Below the pieces are notes generated by a model, which searched no databases, was not told the origin of the DNA, and saw only the letters and a list, made by a program, of their open reading frames with translations. From a virus (taxonomy: Duplodnaviria; Caudoviricetes), in IMG/VR virus record IMGVR_UViG_3300007344_000034, positions 1 to 57,495 of that record: DNA of 57,495 nucleotides. One strand, written 5' to 3'. The number at the start of each line of letters is the position of its first letter. The stretch's first letter is position 1. Position numbers and translations under genes: made by a program. Positions 51,198 through 57,495 of this stretch are shown in pieces.

Positions 51198-53110
51198 TAG
51201 CGTTTGCCATCCGTTCTTGCATCTAAGCGTGGAGAGCCAAGCTGCCACTGAACTCCGGCTGTGTCTGACTCCACCCTTAGCGCCATCTGCCTAGCACGGG
51301 CGCGAATAAATACTTGGTCGGTGTATGTGCCTACAGAAGTTCTAACAATACGGCGTCTATCTGCGCTATCTGAAGACAGTGCGCCGCCCGGGAAGTTACG
51401 AGTCTTGATCTCCATGTCAATCTCAGGAGTCAGGGAAGTGGACTCAATAAACTCTATGTCAGGAATAATACGGCGTGTAAGCGCGAAAGACTCGCCATCG
51501 CCAAGATCAAAGTCGGAAGACTCAATAAACGATGTCATTGGCCCAGTATCATCCTCGATGCCATTCTCATGGTCGTAGAGGTAACCAACAGAATCAGTGC
51601 GGCTAGAACCAGCAGCGATTGGGAACTCACGGTTAGGTGCATCCAGCCAAGCGGTACGCTCAATAGTGCCGAAATACCAGATCCTATCGAGGTAGTTATA
51701 AATGACGTAGCGGTCATTCCAGTTATTACCACTACTTTCGCTTGGGTAGAACCACCAGACTTCGCTCCATTCCTCGTTAGTACCACACACAATCTGGTCA
51801 GCTTGAGTAAAGTCGATGTCAGAAAATACGTAATTACGTACGGAACAAGGCAGGGTGTCTACACGACCGGTGTATACATAGAACTTATCTCGGCCCATCC
51901 AGAACGTTGCGTTTGCCGCAGTAGCCACAGCACGTGGACTAGCGATGGAAATACCGTCAGCGTATTCCTGCAAACCAAACACATCAGTTGTTCCTAAGAA
52001 CTGCAATGCATACAGGTGTGTGTCAGTCCAAACCAAGACTTCCTGACGAGTTGGTAACGCCCGTACAATCTTCGACCCACGTGATACACGGATAAAGCCA
52101 GCAGAATTAGTAACTTGTGGCTCCCACTGCCCCGGTGCATCCTGACTAGCCCAGCGGATAAGTAGCGGATCAAAGTCAGCCGCAGATGTAGAGCCATAAG
52201 GAACAGCGCCAAACGCTAGTAAATGCTTGTCCTGCTGAGACACAAGCAACTGTCCGACCTTAACCGGCACATCGTTAGCGTCATATCCATCCGCAGTAGC
52301 TACAGACTGTAGTGTTACAGCCCGCGCACTTAACGCAGTGTCAGGCACAGAAATAGTGCCCCGCGCCCAGTAATAGGGTTTGCCGTTACGGATATTCAGA
52401 ATGAGGTCATTATCAAAGTTGTCAAAGAACCAATCACGTTGCGGTAAGTTTACAGGTTCAAACGTAGCGGGGGCACCAAGGCCCCAACTGCCCGTTCCCC
52501 ACGTGACCACTCCCCAGCCATAGCCTAGAGTAGTGTCAGGGTTACCGACTTCTACTTGGAACTCTGCGGTGATACCTGTTCCGCCCCCGGCGGCTACAGT
52601 AGATGTAGCTGCTGTAGTAACACTAATAATAAAGCTATTAGCATCAACATATTGCACCACATGCTCTGCATTGAGTTCGTCAGCAGGTACACCTCCGACA
52701 GCAGTAGAACCAGAAAAAGTAACGTAGTCGCCATCGCTAGCCCCATGACCAGTGATAGTTACCGTTACATCTGTAGAAGTATTTGTAGTCGCAAAACAGT
52801 TATCGGTGTCCGTAGATGTAAACGTAGCCCGTAAAGGAGTGATGTCGTACAAGTTACCACCAGCTTCAATATAGACTTTTTTATGCGTACCTATAGCTAG
52901 TAAGTTATCCGAGTACGAAGTAATCCAGTTGAGCAGACTACGTGCTACTCCTAAGTAAGACTCAGATGTTGCCTTGATCCAGCCACCAATTTTCTCTGGA
53001 AAGCCCGCTCGAAAGCGTATCTTGTCACAGTCATACCACCCACCTTCGTTCGTGTAGTTAGCCTGATCGCGGTTAATACCCGGTTTGAACTGTAACTTGA
53101 TAAGAGGCAT
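51197..53110 (-). CDS. Tail tubular protein B / nozzle (P22 gp10-like)
   Basis: 637 aa beta-propeller-like; IRWASQD, EVWWFYPS, RTAW, ARARQ, C-terminal DGKR. Confidence 0.85.
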   Translation of the reverse strand: MPLIKLQFKPGINRDQANYTNEGGWYDCDKIRFRAGFPEKIGGWIKATSESYLGVARSLLNWITSYSDNLLAIGTHKKVYIEAGGNLYDITPLRATFTSTDTDNCFATTNTSTDVTVTITGHGASDGDYVTFSGSTAVGGVPADELNAEHVVQYVDANSFIISVTTAATSTVAAGGGTGITAEFQVEVGNPDTTLGYGWGVVTWGTGSWGLGAPATFEPVNLPQRDWFFDNFDNDLILNIRNGKPYYWARGTISVPDTALSARAVTLQSVATADGYDANDVPVKVGQLLVSQQDKHLLAFGAVPYGSTSAADFDPLLIRWASQDAPGQWEPQVTNSAGFIRVSRGSKIVRALPTRQEVLVWTDTHLYALQFLGTTDVFGLQEYADGISIASPRAVATAANATFWMGRDKFYVYTGRVDTLPCSVRNYVFSDIDFTQADQIVCGTNEEWSEVWWFYPSESSGNNWNDRYVIYNYLDRIWYFGTIERTAWLDAPNREFPIAAGSSRTDSVGYLYDHENGIEDDTGPMTSFIESSDFDLGDGESFALTRRIIPDIEFIESTSLTPEIDMEIKTRNFPGGALSSDSADRRRIVRTSVGTYTDQVFIRARARQMALRVESDTAGVQWQLGSPRLDARTDGKR

Positions 53111-53121
53111 CTGAGTATTCC

Positions 53122-53568
53122 TTATGCAACGTTCTTCATGCGCTCACACAGGCGGCCCGCTCGGTTAGGTACTTGATTGTACCACTTGCTATCCGCCATC
53201 TGGATAGCAGCTTCTGCCCAATCGCGTGCGTCTACCGCTGTCTTCATCATCTTAAACTGACTCAAACGTGGACGGCCCATGTTAAACATCATGTTGGCGA
53301 TAATTAGCTGTACTTCTTCTGGTAGGTCATCCCAGTCATCATAGAGCTTCTTGCACTCACCGATAGTGATCTGCACATCCTGCTCAAACACTTCTACTAC
53401 ACGGGCCTCGTCTACAGGAGTACCGACTTCTTGCCCGTTCTCTGGATCATCTTCAGTAACTAAATGCCCAATACCAAACGTAGGCAGTCCAAGGTGATCT
53501 AGGTAAATTTCATACTTGCAGCCTTCGTCGTACTCCAGCTCCATGCGTAGTTGGTCGATATTCATCAT
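53122..53568 (-). CDS. Endolysin, T4-lysozyme-like (GH24)
   Basis: DEG......YLDHLGLPTFGIGH catalytic E/D/T spacing; NMMFNMG; SKWYNQVPNRA. Confidence 0.92.
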   Translation of the reverse strand: MMNIDQLRMELEYDEGCKYEIYLDHLGLPTFGIGHLVTEDDPENGQEVGTPVDEARVVEVFEQDVQITIGECKKLYDDWDDLPEEVQLIIANMMFNMGRPRLSQFKMMKTAVDARDWAEAAIQMADSKWYNQVPNRAGRLCERMKNVA

Positions 53569-53945
53569 TGCTTACCCTTCTTCATAGCCATGAGTTTGTC
53601 TGCGCCCTTAACGCCAAATGACGCGCTGACCGCAATAAATAGTAAGTATTGATACCATTCCGGCAAGGAATTGAGTGCGCTAAACGCCTCGTCCATACGA
53701 GCAATAATGGCTTGGTCGTCCATCGCCACGCTGTAGGCAACAGCGATCAGGGGCGCACTGAGGATCAAGCTGAACCATTCATCCTTCCAAGATGACTTGG
53801 TTGCATCAGCCATAGATGCTTCCCAGTTAGCATCATTGTTTATCTTATGGATCTTGGCTTGCTGAATTGCTTTCTTCTCTTCAGCCTTCCCTTTGATAAA
53901 GTCTTTGCCTAGCTCAAGTGCTGGGCCTAGTAGCATGTTAAGCAT
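53565..53945 (-). CDS. Holin-like membrane protein
   Basis: SWKDEW, two TM helices, LPEWY, SFG; overlaps the endolysin start. Confidence 0.7.
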   Translation of the reverse strand: MLNMLLGPALELGKDFIKGKAEEKKAIQQAKIHKINNDANWEASMADATKSSWKDEWFSLILSAPLIAVAYSVAMDDQAIIARMDEAFSALNSLPEWYQYLLFIAVSASFGVKGADKLMAMKKGKQ

Positions 53946-53949
53946 AACG

Positions 53950-54027
53950 TTACCCCGCTATTAAAGCCGTTAAAAAAGAAATTGAAGAAATAACTGCGAC
54001 GAATTGGACATCGCTTAGACTAAGCAT
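53950..54027 (-). CDS. 25-aa hydrophobic micro-ORF
   Basis: MLSLSDVQFVAVISSISFLTALIAG; GGGTG upstream; ends 4 nt before the holin ATG. Confidence 0.4.
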   Translation of the reverse strand: MLSLSDVQFVAVISSISFLTALIAG

Positions 54028-54091
54028 TTTTATCACCCACTAATAGCCAAATGGCAAATAGACAAACAATTAATCCAGATACAAACTCCAT
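54020..54091 (-). CDS. 23-aa hydrophobic micro-ORF
   Basis: MEFVSGLIVCLFAIWLLVGDKNA; AAGGA upstream; starts 1 nt after the upstream stop. Confidence 0.45.
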   Translation of the reverse strand: MEFVSGLIVCLFAIWLLVGDKNA

Positions 54092-54092
54092 A

Positions 54093-54413
54093 TTAACTGT
54101 CCTTTTTCTTCCCTGCGATTGCTGACGCCCCAAAGAATGCGCTTACTAATACGGCAATAGACGCAAAGTAAGTAGGAGCGATGTCAGCGATTAGTTGCGC
54201 GGCAGTACCCATAGCGAAGGCATCAGCAAGAAAAATCCCAAATGGATACAGTAGAAGACCAATAAGAGCAAACCAAGCCATCTTACGGATCGAGTCACGC
54301 TGGGCGTCCTCGTCTTCCATCTTGCGGCGCATGTCTTCCAACATGATTCTGCGTTCTTGTTCATCCAGCACACCGTCGCCATTGAGGTCGTACTTTTGCA
54401 TTTCTTCTGTCAT
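54093..54413 (-). CDS. EF-hand two-TM membrane protein (holin/antiholin-like)
   Basis: Start moved to ATG 54413 (GGAG RBS, ATGA overlap); DLNGDGVLDEQE EF-hand loop plus two TM helices. Confidence 0.75.
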   Translation of the reverse strand: MTEEMQKYDLNGDGVLDEQERRIMLEDMRRKMEDEDAQRDSIRKMAWFALIGLLLYPFGIFLADAFAMGTAAQLIADIAPTYFASIAVLVSAFFGASAIAGKKKDS

Positions 54414-54619
54414 ATCAATATCTCCAACACATTGTTCTTCGTTTCTATGACTTGGGCATTCTTTCCGTATGTTATTGATTCTATTGTGTATTGATTCGAG
54501 AGCCTCTGCCAGTTTATATATGGAAGTTCCTTTGACTTCTGCTGGTACTCCGTAACCGGACACCATGCGTCGGGCTTCCTGTAAACGGGATGAAAAGGAC
54601 TTATGAATAAGTCGCTCAT
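54410..54619 (-). CDS. Hypothetical protein
   Basis: 69 aa, tightly packed between neighbours. Confidence 0.55.
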   Translation of the reverse strand: MSDLFISPFHPVYRKPDAWCPVTEYQQKSKELPYINWQRLSNQYTIESITYGKNAQVIETKNNVLEILI

Positions 54620-54622
54620 CCA

Positions 54623-55072
54623 CTACTTACCTTTAAGACTAATAACCCACAGTAGTAAGGCCACGGCCCCGCCCACAGCACCGAGAACAGCAATGCCAAC
54701 AGCACCATACAAAAATCCATTCTGTATGGCTTTTTTTCTAGCCAGTTTTTTAGCTTCTGCACGCTTACGCTCGTTCTCCCGCATTTGCTTACGGTTGGCT
54801 ATGAACTTTTGGTAGTCATCCCACAGTCCCGCCCGACCGTTGTAGATAAACATTTGCTTGACTTCAGCCTCATGACGCTTGATGTCCTCTAGAGCCCAAA
54901 AAGCCTGCATGTCACCATCTTTAGCATCTTTCTCTAACTGGTCTTTTGCGTCGGCTAGCTTAGTTAGATCCTTGCCCATTTCACCGACGGACTGAACATG
55001 CCCTGCAAACTCTTTAATTGCGCCAATAGCCTCGTTCGCTATCTTGATCGCTGCTATGGCTTCAAAAATCAT
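54623..55072 (-). CDS. Coiled-coil protein with C-terminal TM helix
   Basis: 149 aa; amphipathic N-terminus, GLWDDY, C-terminal hydrophobic helix; in the lysis cluster. Confidence 0.7.
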   Translation of the reverse strand: MIFEAIAAIKIANEAIGAIKEFAGHVQSVGEMGKDLTKLADAKDQLEKDAKDGDMQAFWALEDIKRHEAEVKQMFIYNGRAGLWDDYQKFIANRKQMRENERKRAEAKKLARKKAIQNGFLYGAVGIAVLGAVGGAVALLLWVISLKGK

Positions 55073-55074
55073 AT

Positions 55075-55521
55075 CTAGGCTCCATCGTCGCGGCGCACAG
55101 TGAAACTTGTACCGCCATTGTGAGATGTGTTGATCCCTGTCACTGTTCGACCCGAATAAAATCTAACCTGAGTCCCCGGAGATGCTGTGCCAGTGAAAGT
55201 GCCATCGGATGACACCACCCTGTAACCTTCTTTAACGTAGACAGTATAGGTTGTGTCTGTACCCGGCCCTTGCGTATATCCTTGAGAATGAAATGCGTCT
55301 AAGGATTGAAACGTAGATAGCATGTTTTCAATATCAGCAGAGTCAGGGGCTAGTCCACCAGTCATTATTGTTGTTTCAGAGCTAAACCCAGTCAGGCCAT
55401 GTATTTTTGTACCATTAACGTTTATGGTGCCCGGAGAGTTCGGGCTAGATATAGTAGTGCCGTTGACATTTATAGTGTCCTCGTACCAGCGCTTAGTATC
55501 TCCGTCGATAACTAAAGCCAT
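55075..55521 (-). CDS. Tail fibre tip / receptor-binding candidate
   Basis: 148 aa; repeated INVNGT; directly downstream of the short fibre gene. Confidence 0.5.
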   Translation of the reverse strand: MALVIDGDTKRWYEDTINVNGTTISSPNSPGTINVNGTKIHGLTGFSSETTIMTGGLAPDSADIENMLSTFQSLDAFHSQGYTQGPGTDTTYTVYVKEGYRVVSSDGTFTGTASPGTQVRFYSGRTVTGINTSHNGGTSFTVRRDDGA

Positions 55522-55523
55522 AA

Positions 55524-56363
55524 TTAGTCGCTCGTATAGATGTTGACGGTGCTACCACTCACTTCTACACGTATTGCACCGCGTACACTTGATGTAGCAT
55601 ACGGAAGCCGCGCACCTGCTACAGTGCCCTGTGAGATGTTTGAACCGCTAAGTTGGGTGATGTTATCGCCTGTGCCCGCAAGAGTTACACCGCTTATCGC
55701 GCCACCTGTGATACTAACGTTGTTCGCGTCTTGAGTAGCAATAGTGCCTAAAGAACCTGTGGCCGCATCGACATAAGCAGTTGTAGCGACTTTAGTTGAG
55801 TTATCAGAAGCAGACTGTGTCGTTGCGGTTACTGAACTAGCTAAGCTACCTGTAAGCCCTGTGACCGCTGGTGATGTCAAAGTCTTGTTAGTCAGCGTCT
55901 GGGTCGCAGCTTCCGTTACAACCGGATCTACTGTTGCACCTATTGTAAGAGACGTAAGGTGTGTAGTTACATCTACTACGTTAGACCCAGTCGAATAGAC
56001 CCACATAGTCTTACCAGCAGGGACAGATACCGTAGAGCCAGTCGAGTTAGAGATAGCAACGGCATCAGCACAGCCGTTGTTAACAATGTAGGTTTTCTCG
56101 ATGTCAGGCACGGTCAGCGTACGCGCTGTTCCGCCAGTAGTACCCGTCAAGTTGAGACGTACGTTACGTGCGGCCTGTGTCGCATTGGAGTTGGTAAGAG
56201 TTATAGAGAGATCTGAGCTAGAAAACGTCACATCAGCAGACCCAACAATTGCTTCTTCTAGCGTCGTACCTAGGTTTGTGTTCGTGATCGAACCCCAAGT
56301 GGTTGCTTTCTCACCTGTGGTAATCAGCTCAAGTTTCAGATTGTTACTATATGTACTCGCCAT
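55524..56363 (-). CDS. Tail fibre protein
   Basis: MASTYSNNLKLELITTGE, TQTLTNKTL, DNSTKVATTAYV and LGTIATQDANNVSITGG fibre motifs. Confidence 0.8.
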   Translation of the reverse strand: MASTYSNNLKLELITTGEKATTWGSITNTNLGTTLEEAIVGSADVTFSSSDLSITLTNSNATQAARNVRLNLTGTTGGTARTLTVPDIEKTYIVNNGCADAVAISNSTGSTVSVPAGKTMWVYSTGSNVVDVTTHLTSLTIGATVDPVVTEAATQTLTNKTLTSPAVTGLTGSLASSVTATTQSASDNSTKVATTAYVDAATGSLGTIATQDANNVSITGGAISGVTLAGTGDNITQLSGSNISQGTVAGARLPYATSSVRGAIRVEVSGSTVNIYTSD

Positions 56364-56370
56364 ACTTCAC

Positions 56371-57327
56371 CTACGTTTCTATCTCAACCCACGTTACCGT
56401 GTTGCCATCATCCACGAGCGTCCACGTGGTGCTTTGTGAATCATCTACGTCTACCCAGCTCGGAGTCTGGGCGTCATCGATTTCGCCCCAAACAAACGCT
56501 ACGCCGAGTTCGCCTGCGGCCACCACACCAGTTGGGGTTATCGTAGCATCTGCAGTAACTGTAATGCTACCAATTGCTGTAGTAGCTCCAAGCCCAGTCT
56601 CAGTAACTATGGCTTCCGCATCGACGCCTTCGTCCCCTACAGCGGTATTAGCAGCTACACCTGTGACATCTAGTGACGCATCCGCAGTAATAGTTACATC
56701 AGCAACCGTGGCCGAGCCCTGAACACCCGTAATGTCTATAATCGCGTCTGCTTCAATAGTTACGCTGGCTGTGGTGGTAGTAGCAGAAACACCCGTAGGA
56801 CGTACATTGATACCAATACCAACGGTTTCGTCGCCTATCGCTGTGCTGGCCTCTACGCCAGTTACTTCAACCCGTCTACCAGTGGTAATTTCTACAGAGC
56901 CAACCGAACCTGTAGCATCGACTCCAGTTACGTCTGCGTTTGCATCAGCATCAGTGTCTTCTATACCAACAGCGGTGGTAGCGGATACTCCGGTAACATT
57001 TAATACAGAGTTGGCGGAAACGGTTACGACATCGACAGTAGAAGTTAATTGAAGCCCCGTTTCATCTACACTGGCTTGCCCATCAATAGTTACACTAGCA
57101 GCGCTAACAGTAGCTGAGACACCCGTGCCTGTTATGTTAGCTTGTGCATCAATGCCTTCGTCGCCAGTATTAGCATTAACAAAAATACCAGTTACGTTAA
57201 CAGATGCTTTTGCGACTACAGATACTGTTCCTACAGTGGAAACAGCACTTAACCCCGTTACTTCTACCTCAACGCCTATAGGAGCATGCGAAAACGCACT
57301 TGAAGCAAACGGGGTATTACCGAACAT
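56371..57327 (-). CDS. Repetitive beta-rich fibre protein (VTGVSAT repeats)
   Basis: About ten imperfect [VI]TG[VL]xA repeats at ~27-29 aa spacing; MFGNTPFAS start; Trp-repeat C-terminus. Confidence 0.75.
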   Translation of the reverse strand: MFGNTPFASSAFSHAPIGVEVEVTGLSAVSTVGTVSVVAKASVNVTGIFVNANTGDEGIDAQANITGTGVSATVSAASVTIDGQASVDETGLQLTSTVDVVTVSANSVLNVTGVSATTAVGIEDTDADANADVTGVDATGSVGSVEITTGRRVEVTGVEASTAIGDETVGIGINVRPTGVSATTTTASVTIEADAIIDITGVQGSATVADVTITADASLDVTGVAANTAVGDEGVDAEAIVTETGLGATTAIGSITVTADATITPTGVVAAGELGVAFVWGEIDDAQTPSWVDVDDSQSTTWTLVDDGNTVTWVEIET

Positions 57328-57495
57328 CAGTCATCCGCATCCTGTATGGTTAGCTCACCCGCCTCAACCTGACGCATGATTTCTGCGTAGTGGCGGTTTG
57401 CGGGGTCGAGTGGGACTGACAAGGTGATGCCGTCAATGGTTGCTTGGACTAATGTATTAACACCATCTATGTCTTGAATGTACTGCGCTGAAGTA
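57327..57495 (-). CDS. Tail fibre assembly chaperone-like protein, C-terminal part only
   Basis: Not in ORF track. ...ATIDGITLSVPLDPANRHYAEIMRQVEAGELTIQDADD*; TGA overlaps ATG 57327. Confidence 0.7.
   Translation of the reverse strand, partial: TSAQYIQDIDGVNTLVQATIDGITLSVPLDPANRHYAEIMRQVEAGELTIQDADD

Noticed and set aside
54414-54623. N-terminal extension of the 176-aa ORF 54093..54623
   Set aside because: Fully overlaps 54410..54619; the internal ATG 54413 has an RBS and an ATGA coupling.

Overview
Near-complete genome of a tailed dsDNA phage with podovirus-type architecture: P22-like portal, Mu-gpT-like capsid protein, tail tubular proteins and four ejection/core proteins. The window begins and ends inside the tail-fibre region, so that segment is missing. 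The minus strand (1-16026 and 37786-57495) carries packaging, head, tail, ejection and lysis genes, including a GroES. The plus strand (16437-37679) carries early genes, an AAA+/vWA/DUF3150-like module and replication genes (PolA, Cas4-like nuclease, HNH, SNF2 helicase, SSB, primase-DUF927 helicase). I saw no integrase, tRNA or CRISPR array. The most notable signals are non-coding. (1) A ~95-nt candidate sRNA at the convergence of the two arms (37693-37787) has an unpaired seed complementary to the AGAGGTAA(C) ribosome-binding site of nine plus-strand genes; I found this RBS in front of none of the late genes I checked, which suggests an anti-RBS early-to-late switch. (2) Ten copies of an 18-bp palindrome are confined to the early region. 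(3) A three-unit promoter-gene-terminator-box-palindrome cassette array contains two paralogous genes. (4) A double-pseudoknot RNA lies downstream of the capsid gene. (5) An iteron/IHF origin candidate lies at 18788-19145. All family assignments are from motif recognition by eye; no database searches were run.
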